The notes under the pieces: model-generated
Seen by the model: only the letters and a program-made list of their open reading frames with translations
Databases searched by the model: none
Told to the model about the DNA's origin: nothing
Source of the DNA: Owenia fusiformis
Taxonomy: Eukaryota
Assembly: GCA_903813345.2 (NCBI GenBank)
Contig: CAIIXF020000001.1
Span: 46,190,001-46,254,000, forward strand
Reading direction: 5' to 3'
DNA length: 64,000 bases
Program-made: the position numbers and the translations under genes
Shown: positions 1 through 13,408 of the stretch, piece after piece
Position numbering within the stretch: position 1 is the stretch's first letter
Layout of the letters: every line of letters begins with the position of its first letter

Positions 1-354
1 ATCATGCTCATCTTCTCCATGCTCATCTGCCCCATGCTCATCTGCCCCATGCTCATCTTCTCCATGGTGATCTTCTCCATGCTCATGTTCACCTTCTCCA
101 TGAAGTTTCTCTATTAGTACTTCAATGAAGTGCTCAACTTGATCGTGGAAATTGTCAAAATTGTCTTTCTCAAAATTCATAATTCCATCCACATAGAAAG
201 CTAAGTCCATTGTGATATTGGATGATACATTTTGGCAAATATTTTCCATGTGGAAAATGTGATATATGATGACCAAAGAGGCATCATTAAATTGTGCTTC
301 ATTGATAGATTGGTTCGATGTAACGATTTGGAAGACTTTTGAAGAAGACAGACA
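1..354 (-). CDS. ZIP (SLC39/LIV-1 subfamily, ZIP4/ZIP12-like) zinc transporter, coding exon 2 (runs off the window start)
   Basis: Acceptor tttcag at 357-355, phase 0; reads CLSSSKVFQIVTSNQSINEAQFNDASLVIIYHIFHMENIC...KLHGEGEHEHGEDHHGEDEHGADEHGADEHGEDEHD. Joined to exon 1 it gives ERFHC...ECSE|CLS, matching the ZIP4/ZIP12 ectodomain pattern RVHC...CxxCL, followed by a His-rich tract. Confidence 0.8.
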
Positions 355-1193
355 CTGAAATTAGATAAAAGATATATAAGTTTAAAATACCCGTTTTATT
401 TTTTATTTCTAAGGGTTATTATTACTTAATCTAAGGAAGCAATAACTGACAAATTAAAGTGCAAATACAATTTATGGCAGGATCTAACATATCATGCCAG
501 TGATTATGATATTCCTAATAGTTATACACTCAACATTCTGTTTTTATTAATAGTAAAGAAAACTTGGCCCAACATTCAATGCAAATAAAAACACTAACAT
601 ATAATAGTGGATGGCTTGTGAGCTAACCATTTATTTATTCAGGCAGTAATACATACAAAAAACAAAAATAAACAAATACCAAAATCTATTAATCTCATCT
701 ATCATGAATTCCTTTCTGGGATTCTACACAAATGCTAAGCTAAACAGATCAATTTTCAAAACATGATTTCTTCAATCATAAATATGACAATATGCCTGAT
801 CTGTCTTGTGTGCATCCTCCGATCACAGTCCTCCTTCTTCTAAGAAGAAGTAAGAAGGAGGTACGAGTTCTGGAGGCCTGTGTTTGGAGGATGTCTTGTG
901 TGTGAGGTCCAGTGAGACACCAACATTTTTTTAAGCTCCCAAATAGATAATATATAACTATAACTTGCCAGGATCCCTCAAGATGTATTATGGACGCTGG
1001 TAGACGAGTATTGTAATAAATTTTTACAAATTATGATATACCAAATTAAAGATACTTAAATTTCCTATATTGGTATATAATACGGCATGTTGTATTATAA
1101 CTAGTAAATTTCTAAATAAGCAATTTTGTTGTACTTCCTAAACTTTAAGCAAATTACAATTTTCATCCAATTCCCAACATGATGTGAATTGTA

Positions 1194-2528
1194 GGGGTCA
1201 ACCCAGTTGTCCGAAACCCAGTTGTCCGAAACCCAGTTTTCCGAAACCCAGTTCTCCGAAACCCAGTTCTCCGAAACCCAGTTCTCCGAAAATTAAAAAA
1301 TTAAATTTCTTAGTAACGAATCTTGTCGCAACCTCGCGAATCAGGACAGCATAACATTGGGATCACGTTGACATCGGTTAGCCCGGTCAATAATGGGTCC
1401 GAAAGTTCACGATCATATATATATTCTTACTAGATTCTCGGCACATAGACTTATATGGACATTCTACAAATTTTGAACCGCATTGTCCAGCACGAATCGC
1501 ACTCCTTCTTGGTAAAAATTCAAGACTGCCGCCAACATTTTAGACAATTATCACAGTCGAAGAGAATATTCTGGCGAAAGGAATATCTATCTCATTAGAA
1601 TAACGTATGGACGTCCGTGTCAATTATATAATATTCATTTGATAATTTTTTTCATTCCCTTTCCTCAATAAAATATGGTTAATTATGTTTTCCAATATCA
1701 ATTGATAATATTTCTACCCTGAAAAATATCTAAAAAGAAGATTTTGGTTGTTCAGTACCACCCATTGTTAAGATTTCGTCCAAATTTTTTTGAGAGGGAA
1801 TAACATTTTTCCAATGGGTGATGGGCGTTCATAAAAGGGAAATAGTTTTCCCAAGCCAGTGGGCATTTATTTAGTAAAGTTGACGTGTACATCTTTTGAA
1901 ACCAAAAATGATTTAGGTACTCTGTTCGAGAAATAGAGATTAAATTCAAAAAGATGAAGTGAGTACATGGCGAAAATGAAACTTCTTGCGAATGGGAGAA
2001 CATCCAATTTGATACGAGGACAGCCTGTCTTCGTTTCCAGTTAATCCCAAGTGATTACGTTTAGAATGTTTTGTTCTTTTACATTTTACGATTTGATAAG
2101 AGACAGAGACTAAGAAATTAAATGCGACGAAACATTTTGACAACGTAATACTTACAGTGTTTATTCTTAAATCGGTTTCAAAATGTTCAATTTTATTTTG
2201 CCTATATAAAATATATTGAATAAGATAAAATCAACTGTTTCGTAATATATATTGTGTTTTGATGACCTTTTTTAGAATCACAATGTAAAATAAATCCCCC
2301 GTTCCTGTCATTCTGGTAACGCCGTGTAATGGATGCAATTCAAAGTGAGAGAGAGAGAGAGAGATCTATACATCAGGATGTTTATGTTTATGACTAAATT
2401 TTTCGGACAACTGGGTTTCGGAAAACTGGGCTTCGGACAACTGGGTTTCGGACAACTGGGTTTCGGACAACTGGGTTTCGGACAACTGGGTTTCGGACAA
2501 CTGGGTTTCGGACAACTGGGGTGCACCC
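1194..2528. mobile_element. Non-autonomous foldback-type DNA transposon with 15-bp tandem-repeat TIRs (Mutator/Phantom/Rehavkus-like)
   Basis: Left end: about 6 x AACCCAGTT(G/T/C)TCCGA (1200-1290); right end: about 8 inverted copies (2400-2521); GGG...CCC termini; exact 8-bp direct repeat GAATTGTA at 1186-1193 and 2529-2536. Confidence 0.8.
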
Positions 2529-3126
2529 GAATTGTAAGTGGCATTTTTCATCATTATACAATACAGGTATTGTATCTGTATTAATATGGTTTGAACAGAA
2601 ATAATTATTTTGCATATCCACAGATGCTGCTTCCCACGATAAAATGAGGTTTAGTTAATAGAGCATTGTATTTTACATGAATGTTTCAAGTAAGAAAGAA
2701 AGCAATTATTTACATAAAAACATATATCAGGTAAATTCACATGATGCGAATACCTTATTATGAAATATGATTATGCAGTAAATGCCAGGAGAAGCATATG
2801 TGATCTTCTGGTTAAAAAAATTAGTATTTTAGTCACACCATATATCTACTTATACTATATTTATACTATACACAAAATTACATATGTGCACAATGTTTTT
2901 TGGGGATTTGTGTTTTTCAGAATTTAAATATGGCATCACATCGATTACATAATATCATATTTTGAAAACCTTTTCTCATTAGATCGAGCATATTAGTATA
3001 TAATTCTTGAAAAAGTAGTCCATGTTACCTAAATCCATGCTTAGAAAGAACTCTAAGATGTAAGTATAAGCATTTAAGTCTTAGATGCTTACTTCTTGAT
3101 GCCTCTTAATCTAGAATTAACTTTAA

Positions 3127-3409
3127 CCTCTTGAATACCAGCCTCTAAAAAGGGTTTGAAACCAGAGCATTTTTCATTTTCTGCTAGTTTTCTGGATATT
3201 TACATCCAAAAACACTATGTTTGATATTTGATTTCATAAGAATAGTAAACATAGACCCATTACATACATTCTAAAACATAATTTGTGAAGATTGGATAAA
3301 AAATGCCTAAGTTAGAGCAGTTTAAGTGAAAAATTTTGTGACAGATATATCTGTCGCTCGGGTTCCAAATGGATTTTATTTATATCCGTCAGTCTGGGTA
3401 TTCAAGAGG
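3127..3409. mobile_element. piggyBac-like MITE
   Basis: TTAA on both sides (3123-3126, 3410-3413) and perfect 13-bp TIR CCTCTTGAATACC. Confidence 0.8.
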
Positions 3410-6400
3410 TTAAACTATTGAGGTGAATACCTGTTCATCTAAAATATTTGTTTTATTATTTATTTCCTTTATTTCTAAAGGTGTATTCCACGCAGCCTGA
3501 TGGGCAGGTGGAATACATCCCCCAGAAATATATATAGGTATTGCACGAAACAGAATTCAATATTTGTTTTATTATTTCACTCATTTACAAGTATATCAAA
3601 AGAAGAAATACATATTACAGTATAACAATATTCATTAATAATTAACTATATAATGTCTCAAAAATTGAAAATTCAATAAATAATGCCATATGTTTTCAAT
3701 AACCTATACATGTGACGTCACATCCCTTGAATACCTGTATTTATTTATTTTAAAATACACCTTTCATATCGATGACTTATACATGGATGGAATACCTTGT
3801 GGTATTTCTAGTCACATGGTACATGACTGATCAATCACAAACTGATTATCACTACAGGGAAATAATAAATCTTCTTATTCTTATATCATTTATAATAGGA
3901 GAATATGACAGTGATACAATAATCACATTCTGTTGGACGGCACATTGCCTTAACCCATCAGCTTTATGACGTGCACTTCCGCGTGGGACTATATCTTTAC
4001 AACGGGAATTTCAAGTTTTTGTCAGTGTAGACATAAAAAGTTGCGGTCCTCTTACTCGCGCAGTTTTTAATATTTTCATTTGAAACTTGCAGGAACGGTG
4101 CTTTGAATCTAGCTCTCTACTCTTTGAAAACGTCATGTAGAATCAAAACAGTTGAACTATTTATTTTTTGTCGTGAAAATATTATTTTTTTTAGTTTATT
4201 TTTATTTTACAACTTTTTGGGAAAAAATGTAACAAATTTTTATTTCTTGTCATATTTATCCGATATTTTGTCATCGTGAAATTTGAGATTCCTTTTAATG
4301 ATGGTGCAAATTTCATAACAATTGATGAATTTCTATTATCAGTGTTATGTTTTCCAAAAACGGTGTACTACTGTGCATGTTTCTTTAATTGACGGCACAT
4401 TTGCCTTTAATTGGGCGAACGTACAGGTCCCGACGCAATAAGCTTTATTTGATTTAATACACTCAAAAATAAAGTTTGCTATCAAATCAGAATGTTCATA
4501 AAACATAAACCTTGCCTTTGTTTTCCTAATTCTAAAAGCAGGCCAAATAAACTATGATAATCGTTTGACTCTCGAGACTACAGAACTTGAACTTGAACAT
4601 TGAACATGCTAAAATCGAAGTTACCTATAGTTACGCTTGTGAAGTTAATTATATGTTTAACGGCGTGCTGAGCGAATGTATCTAATCAAATTTGTGACAT
4701 ACCCATAACATACCATGACATACCCACAATTCTAAGTTTAATATGTAATTTGGATTCGTAAGAAGTATTTCTGTTTTAAACTTACCTTTGCTGTCTGAAA
4801 AAGATCAATATTCATAGACGGGGATGTTGAAACCTACATTTCCTTTGAATGACCTGCATTTGTACTACGAAATGATCCTGTGGAGAAAAGTTGATGAATT
4901 CCAAACAGCTAGTTCTTGCAAATCTACTAGTATAATCTTACTTTCTAAAAGTATTTCAATGTTAAAAATATCTATTGATATGTTTCATTTTTAAAATGAT
5001 CTTTTGCTTCCCTTAACTTATATGTGTGACTTAATGAAGAATGCTGTTTACCACATCAAACTTAAGACGTAAACTTGGCAATTACTCGATACATGTTATA
5101 GCGCGATTTTCTTTCATTTTCTACAAAAATGGTATGTTTTCGAATGGTCGCTTATGTTAATCTATGACCATGGTATGATTGAATATGAAAGAACTGAACC
5201 AAGTATTGTCGACTCGGTTGAATCATAAGATTTATTTTGATTGATTTAATCTCTTCTTGAATTTTAAAACATTTGTCCGAATTACATCTGCTATGGAATT
5301 AAAGTTCAAATATACCTCAGAATTGCTTATTGAATTAACCTAGCAATTAATTTGAAAATAATTCTATACATAGGTTATATATCATAGATCATAGATATGT
5401 AAAAAATAAAAATGTGTTTTGAAAGATGAATTGGTAACAAACGTTTTCGTACATGTGCCATTCTTCACCTTCAGCCCACTTAAAGAGACTCTATTGAGAC
5501 TTCTCTGTGGCATTTTTTCTTTATTCCTTTTTGTTTTGAATTTTTAACACCATAACATTAACTAACTACTCAATATGCAAATTTTCACCGCGTAGAATTT
5601 TAAAATATTAAGTTTGAAAATTCCATTTTTATAATGGAGCTCAATGGGAAAAACTACATAATTTGAATTATTTTCAAACGTAGCGGCGCGATTTTGATAA
5701 AATTGACAGATATAATAAATATTGGTAAGACAAAATGTTTGATGAAAAATGAAGAAAATTCACCGTCCTGGTTACGCAAACTATAGAAAAATCTGAAATA
5801 ATCATAAAAACCTGTAAAAATAGATTGAAGGGGGTGATATTCATTTTTAATGTGCCTTTCACTACTACAGGGTAACCATAATTTTGATACTGATTTGATT
5901 TTTCAATGAAAATCATTTCTATAGTGTATAGTCAGTTTAAATAATACAATTGGTATATTTCTTTACTGAACAGTGCAATCATTTATTTATTTATCAACAG
6001 TAATGCAAACTACATATTATACAGTTAGATAAATATTAAAATAATTCTATTAAAATTAAAGCATTGCCAGAATGTGTTGACAGCTGGCAAAAAATTGAAG
6101 AATTTGAAGAAAAATAGCCACCCAATGAACACTTACACCTGCTAATTGCCACTTTGAAAGAGTTTATTCAAGCGAGAAAACTATTTGGAAAAACGTAATT
6201 TCGGGTTGAACATGGTACCCACCACTCTGGTTACCTTAGCAACCATCTCTCAAGAACCAATCAAAATTGAGGTCCCAAAGGACCTTATACACCCTCCATT
6301 GGGATCTCCCCATGAGAAAAAAATAATTTATCTGATTTTTCAAAATGATTATTCTGCTTTAATTATTACATTTATATGCACACTAGTAGTATCTTGTTGA

Positions 6401-6704
6401 CCTATATTCAGCACTGTATTGATGTATAGGCCACTTATTAGGGTCATAATTCAATCATGAAGTGTAGAGGCATATGATTCCAAACCAGGAAGTATTTTTT
6501 TGTCTGTCAAAATCCATTTGCATCCTACACATCCCTACATCTTATCCAAATATGTTACTACATAATGAAATAAAATAGTATATTCTTTGGTTTTACAAAG
6601 TTGTATGATTTTTGATAAGTGTAAAAGTTGTTTTTGGAGCATTTTTCTATAGCCATTTTGTAGGGAAAAAATGATGAAAAAATGTACAATCTTTTAATTT
6701 TAAG

Positions 6705-6807
6705 TATGACCTGAATCGATTGCAAACTTCATATTTGCACATTTGATAAGATAAACCATTAGTGCCATATTGTGAAATTATTAAGTTTGCAATCGATTCA
6801 GGTCATA
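6705..6807. repeat. Hairpin with perfect 25-bp arms
   Basis: TATGACCTGAATCGATTGCAAACTT (6705-6729) and its reverse complement (6783-6807). Confidence 0.8.
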
Positions 6808-8627
6808 GTGTATTTTTGGTATTTGTGTGATAATCAATAGAAACCAATGGCCTCTATTGGGATCTGCTAATATCCTCATGTTAAGTCAATGAAGCACAGC
6901 CCCATGTAAGGCAATACAACCTTACTAAACTAAATGGCCCCTATCTCAGCCTATGTGTGCCCGAGCATTTTAAAATTTCAAAGAGTTATACCTTATTAGA
7001 TGCAGTAAAGGAGTTAAATCATTGAGATCTGAATAAATCATGCAAAACATGTTTTATACATATTTCTCATCATTTAGGGTTACCCAGTAGTTTACAAGCT
7101 GACCTTTGCAAAATATATTTCACTTACTATCCTCATTCGCTATCACCCTATCTAGTTTCTTTCCAAATTGGCCTGGATTGCCTGGTTTATTGGTTTTAGC
7201 GAACCGTCCATTTCGTCGAACCATCATTTTGCTAAGGTTGTTTGTGATGAATATACAATATTCAGTTACATATAACTGTACAGCAACTTTATGCAAGGGA
7301 AGGTAATTGTGTGAGAGCACATAAAGTACATGAAGTATTGACCCACTTGTCTCAGTGAATCTTATAAACAGTGCATAAAGTTTTTTCTATGCAATGATTG
7401 GCTCACAGTTACTTATAGTGTAAGTTATTTTATTTCTATACAGTGTGGAATAGAGTGTATAAACTTTTACAGTTTCAAGCAGGTTTTAGTGTTTTCTGAC
7501 CAATGATATATTCAGACTTATTCATTTCACGATTATGTAATACTGACCTACATATCTGTATAGCATATCTTTAAAGCACGAAATCCCGTATGACGTAATA
7601 TAACGAAAATGCGCAGATAATTGATATTTCTTTAATTTTAATTCAACTCACATTGGCCTTTCTTATTTAGAACGTGTTTAAAGTTCTCATGTTAAGAAAA
7701 TAAATATGTGGAAAGGCAATGGTTTAAAGCTTATGAAAATGTCAAAATCATAATTCAGTTTTTAAAATAAGATATTGACATGCATTCACGCACATGTGAC
7801 ATTATCTCTTTTGGTGCGATTCAAACATAAAAATCTCATAACAGTTATACATATGAATCAATCTTAGCCATGCCTTTCTAATAGAAGGAACTAAATTTGA
7901 ATCAAAAAATAATTCTGTGTAAAGATGATTCCCCATAGATATAATAAATGTCAAAAATGTCAAAAAAATTATCAAAAATTAAATACTCACACGCTTTTAA
8001 GCACACATGACCTTTTCCCGTTTTGCTCATTTCATTTACCTTGAAAACCAAGGAGATCGAGCGCAATTGCTACATACAACCTTGATACGTGTACCAGGTC
8101 TATAATTGCATTTTCTCATGGAAGGAACCAAGCAAAAATTATAAAAATAATTCTGCGTAGAGGTGATGCTTCACAAATAATATTAATGTCAAAAAAGTAA
8201 TTAATTTCTTCAAAATTAAATAATGACACGCATTTACGCACACATGACCTTTTCCAGTTTTGCTTATTTCATTTACCTTGAAAACCAAAGAGACTGGACG
8301 CAATTGCCAAATACTTCTTTGATACGCTTGCCAGGTCTATAATTGCATTTTCTCATGGAAGGAACCAAGCAATAATTATAAAAATAATTCTATGTTAAGG
8401 TGATGCTTCACAAATAATATTAATGTCAAAACTTTAATTCATTTCTTCAAATCCAAATACTGACACGCTTTTACGCACACGTGACCTTTTCTCCTTTTGC
8501 TCATTTTATTCATCCTAAAAATCAGTGAGCCTTAATACATTGTCCGATACTTCTTTAATACATATCGGGTCTAAAATTGCAGTTGATCATGAAAGAAATC
8601 GAACAATTAGGCCTATTATAAAAATAA

Positions 8628-11499
8628 CTAGACATATAAATTGAACAAGTTCAATTTAAGACTCCAGATTTCAGACTTTTTTTAAGCTGAGTCATCCAAA
8701 TACTTGTAAGCTGAGTCATTTAGAATAAGCTGAGTCAGCTAGAATATAGACATTTAGACAACTCTTAAGAATGTTATCTTCGACTCCATTGGCTTAACAT
8801 GGGGATATCATCATATTGACTTTTCGAGACTTAAAACCGCTATAACTATCTAATCAGAAGTTGGATCGAAATTTGGTTTAAAGATTCTGATTCCTGAGAA
8901 ACTTCTACCCTTAATTCATAACTCATACGTTAAATTTGGAGAATTTTTTATTTTGACCTACATTTCGGACACCATATCTCAAAAGTGGGTCAAAATACTT
9001 TCTGACGGCAAAAGGCTAACACTATTAACACACTCTTTGCTACCTGTATACAAAATTTTGAAGCAAATCATTAAAGTGTAATGTCAGAATCACAAAAATA
9101 AGGAAAAACTATGAATATGACCTAGATTTTGACCTAGGCATTTTGGTGTCCAAATTTTAAATCTAGATAGCCTCCGACGTCCCCTTCTTTTATAGGCTTT
9201 CAGAATGTTAAGCTGTACTCAGTTTATATCTGGTATTTTACACTTGGAAAAAGTCATTTTTCCCATTGACTTAACATAGGCACCAAATTTAGCGATTTTT
9301 GAGCTTTCAAAACGCCATAACTTCCGAACCGGAAGTCTGATCTAAATTTGGTTTGCAGATTCGGATTCCTGAGATCATTCTACACTTATTTCATAAATCA
9401 CATGTTGAATTTGGAGAATTTTTTGTTCTGACCTACTTTTCGGACGCCATATCTCAAAATCGATAAGAGTAATCAAAATTCTGATGTCATATCTTTGATT
9501 CGCCTTTTTCTAAGCTACATGATGAAAAAAAGATGAAGGAGTTACGATGAATATTGACGAAGATATGATGAAGAATGTTGAAAATGTAAGATTTGACCTA
9601 GTTCTTGACCTTTGACCTAGATAAAAATTTGACCTAATTTCCCAGAAAGCCAGAATCATTCCTTAGTTAACCATGTAAGTTGGTTTAAGTAAGATGTTAT
9701 AGTTGGAGAGAAAATGTGTTAGGAGGAAGAAGAAAGAAAGAAAAAGAGGAATAACTAGATTTGTAAATTGAACAAAGTTCAATTTAAGACTCCAGATTGA
9801 TTTACTTGAGTAGGTAGCTGAGTAAGTAACTGAGTGGCAAGCTGAGTAAGTAGATGATTAAGTAATTGAGTGAGTAGCTGTGTAGGTAGCTGAGAAGGAA
9901 GCTGAGTAAGTAGCTGAGTAGGTAGCTGAGTAAGTAGCTGAGTAGGTAGCCGAGAAGTAGATAGCTAAGTAGGTAGCCGAGTAGGTGTGTAGGTAGGTAG
10001 GTAAGTAGGAATTTTTGACCGAAAGTCGGATTGAAATTTGGTTTGCAGATTCAGATTCCTGGGAAGATTCTACCCTTATTTCATAACTCATACATTAAAT
10101 TTGGAGATTTTTTTATTTTGACCCACTTTTAGGACGCCATATCTCAAAAATGGGTCAAAATACTTTCTGACGGCAAAAGGCTATCACTATAAGCACACTC
10201 TTTTCTGCCTGTATACAAAATTTTGAAGCAAATCCTAAAAGTGTAGTGCCAGAATCGTAAAAATAAGGAAAAACTATGAATTTGACCTAGATTTTGACCT
10301 AGGCATTTTGGTGTCCAAATATTGAAACTAGGTAGCTTTTGAGGTCCCCTTCTTTTATAGGAATTCATTATCTTAAGCTGTACTCAGTCTATATCTCGTA
10401 TTTTACACTTCAAAAAAAATCTTTTTTCCTTGACTTTCTATCAGGATACCATCAGATCGATTTTTCTCGAAATTTCAAAACGCCATAACTTCCGAACGGG
10501 AAGTCGGATCGAAATTTGGTTTGCAGATTCGGATTCCTGAGAAAATTCTATCCTTAATTCATAACTCATACGTTGAGTTTGGAGAAATTTTTATTTTGAC
10601 CTACTTTTCGGACACCATATCTCAAAAGTGGGTCAAAATACTTTCTGACGGCAAAAGGCTACCACTATGAGCACACTCTTGGCTATATGTATACAAAATT
10701 TCGAAGAATATAATTAATCTGTAGTGTCAGAATCGCAAAAATAAGGAAAAACTTTGAATTTGACCTAGATTTTGACCTAGGCATTTTGGTGTCCAAAATT
10801 TTATGAAAAGAAGGTCTTGAGGTCCCTTTCTTTTATGGGCTTCCATTATGTTTAGCTGTGCTTAGTCTATATCTCGTATTTTACACTTCAAAAAAATATT
10901 TTTTCCCATTGAATTAACATGGGGCACCAAATTTAGCGATTTTTGAATTTTCAAAACGCAATAACTTCTGAACCGGAAGTCAGATCGAAATTTGGTTTTC
11001 AGATTCGGAATCCTGAGAAAATTTCCTATAAGACTGATATCCTTGACATTGGATTCGGAGAACTTTTTTTTGGACCTCGTTTTCGGACACTGATATCTCG
11101 AAATCGGTTTGAGATACCAAAAAACTAAATCGACCCTAGCTTTTCTACTTTTTTATGAGGAACACAATGAAAAAAACCCAGATCAAAAATATTGAAGGAC
11201 GACCGAGATAATGGGAAAAAGTGACAAAGTGCTGGATTTGACCTAGTTCTTGACCTTTGACCTAGATAAAAATTTGACCTAATTTCCCATAATCCCAGAT
11301 ACATTCCCTAGTTGATCATGTAAGCAGCTTAAAGTAAGTTCTTCTAGTTGGTGAGAAATCTTGTAAGGAGGAAGAATAAGAAAAAAAATAATAATAATAA
11401 TAAGAAAACTGGCAAAAGCAATAGACTCCAGATTTTCATCTGGAGTCTAATAAGAAAACAGGCAAAAACAATAGACTCCAGATTTCATCTGGAGTCTAA
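8628..11499 (-). mobile_element. Helentron-associated non-autonomous element (HINE, DINE-1/pearl-like), outer copy
   Basis: One end: CTAG, palindrome AATTGAACAAGTTCAATT, sub-terminal repeat AGACTCCAGAT. Other end: AAG/AAT microsatellite and hairpin TAGACTCCAGAT-TTC-ATCTGGAGTCTA. Internal tandem core repeats; inserted at AA/TT with no longer TSD. Confidence 0.75.
9755..11450 (-). mobile_element. HINE of the same family nested inside the outer copy
   Basis: Second CTAG...AATTGAACAAAGTTCAATTTAAGACTCCAGAT start at 9755 and its own terminal hairpin at about 11423-11449, directly followed by the outer element's end; contains a 12-bp AGCTGAGTAAGT-type array (about 9808-10010). Confidence 0.75.
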
Positions 11500-12404
11500 T
11501 TATGTGTAAAGGTGATGTTCTTCAGATCATATAAACATCAAAATTGTAATTCATTTATTGAAAGTTTAATATCCACATGCTTTACCGCACACATAACCCT
11601 TTCCCTATTTGTTCATTTCATCTATCTTAAAAATCAGTGAGCCTGAACTCATTGCTAAATAATTTTTGATACGAGTCAGCTGCAGGTCTAAAATTGCATT
11701 TGATCATGGAACAAAACGAGCAATCATTATGAAAATAATTCTGTGTAAAGGTGATGTTCCAAAGACAATATATATGTCAATTTGATAATTCAGTTACTCA
11801 AAATGAAATATTCACAAGCTTTTACGCACACATGATAATTTTCTGAATGACGCTACTTTTTGGATTCAACCATGCATATAACGTCGTAAAATACACATTT
11901 CTACCGAAATTATGCCCAACCGTTTTCGCAGAAAATGTAACAAATGAAGGCATTTTATCGGAACTGATTGATATTTGGTGCTTATAAAATATCGTATTTA
12001 CTTTAACTTTTAAGTGATTCAGACATTTAAAAAAACGATGTTTAATCAATGTTAATTTCGCACGAATATAGGGTACAAAATGAGTGAAAGTCTCACGTGT
12101 TTGATTGCATTTTACTCCCATTCATGTGCATTTTCCTAACATTAAAATGAGATAGTTCGAAAGAAGAGATCAGTAGAATTCTATCCGTCACTTTCATTTT
12201 CAAATGTTTAAATGTTTACCATTTCAATGTATCTCATAAAGATGGTAGCCAACGGACCAGAAACAAGTAGTGCGATGACGTCATATATCGCTACACTACT
12301 TTGATATAAAGTTTGGTAAACAACAATGGGTTTTTTCAATGTGCCGTCCTACTGATTTATGGTTTCGCTTTCATCAATATCAAGTGGATCGTTGATGTTG
12401 CGCT

Positions 12405-12930
12405 GATGTTCTTTCAAATTCACTAATAATGGACAAATAAAGATAATTTGAATTTTTTGAGCCACAAATCAGGAAAACAATACCAAAATAGTGATCTGCC
12501 CTAAATTTCCTTCAATTTGAGAATAATATAGCCATACTTTGAAGAGATTGGAAAATTATTGCAAAATTCCACATAAGGCGGCGGCCATTTAAAATTTTAA
12601 ATCAGATATAATATTTGCAATCTACTCTAAATTGCCTATCATTTGAGTATAATAAAGCTATACTTGAGAAAGATCTCAAAATTAACGCAAATTACCATTT
12701 TCCTGACCCCCATACATTCCCCCTGCATGGGGGTCATGGTGAATAACTTGGAATAATTATAAAATAGATATAGATCTAGATGTTGTGAATATATTCACCA
12801 ATATACATCTTTCCATCAAATATGAAGAAAATCTGTCCACTAGTATTTGAGTTATCTTCCGGACGGACGCACGCACGGATGGATGGAGGGCTTCACAATA
12901 TCCCTACCGAACTTAGTTCGTTGGGATAAA
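12405..12930 (-). mobile_element. HINE/pearl-like element fragment (different family)
   Basis: GGACGGACGCACGCACGGATGGATGG microsatellite followed by terminal hairpin ATCCCTACCGAACT-TAGTTCGTTGGGAT; left boundary uncertain. Confidence 0.45.
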
Positions 12931-13141
12931 GAGCACCTAAAAGATATACATGTACAACCAACCAGGTAATCATCATTATGTAGATGTGCGGGCCTATTAT
13001 TTTTGGAAAATATCGATATTCTTTACGTTTAGGCCTCTTGATTCTTGCGTAAAACACAATTTTATTCAATTCAGCTGAGACTGAAAGATTTGATGATTTT
13101 TTTGATTTTTTTTAACTTTAAATATGCAATTTACTTCTTAC

Positions 13142-13408
13142 CTCAGAGCACTCGTTCGTAGATAAAGTTTCATTACAATGGAATCGTTCAAACAATCCTC
13201 CAATAATTGTCTGTACTTCATCCCGGCCCAATGATTCCTTGTTGGCAGAAACATCCAAATAAGACAACAAATTGTGAAAATTATCAACGATATGGGAAGA
13301 TCCATCATGGCCGCCGTCGTTCCCATTTTCCCATATCGTGTCTTCGCATAACACCAAAGTGTTCAGCAATCCAGCAAGTATAATAAATATAACCGTTGTA
13401 CATTTCAT
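13142..13408 (-). CDS. ZIP4/ZIP12-like zinc transporter, coding exon 1 (signal peptide and start of ectodomain)
   Basis: ATG at 13408, hydrophobic signal peptide MKCTTVIFIILAGLLNTLVLC, ends ...LFERFHCNETLSTNECSE followed by donor GTAAGA (13141), phase 0, compatible with the exon at 1-354 across a 12.8 kb intron. Confidence 0.8.

Larger units (their letters stand above)
7780..11830. repeat. ~238-bp tandem repeat array, interrupted by nested HINE insertions
   Basis: Unit marker ATAATTCT(G/A)(T/C)GT..AG(A/G)TGAT recurs at about 7909, 8148, 8385, the split copy at 8624/11500, and 11736. Confidence 0.75.

Noticed and set aside
1200..2521. Regular short repeats resembling a CRISPR array; PKPSC/GFGQL/QLSET repeat ORFs
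   Set aside because: The units are contiguous 15-mers with no spacers, form the inverted ends of a TSD-flanked element, and lie in a eukaryotic intron with no cas genes.
7120..7320. ORF ending MVRRNGRFAKTNKPGNPGQFGKK... with a GTAAGT donor
   Set aside because: Could be a relic first exon of a transposon gene, but I found no downstream exon or recognisable domain, and the ZIP exons join without it.
9858..10091. SATY-repeat ORF
   Set aside because: Translation of the 12-bp microsatellite inside the nested HINE.
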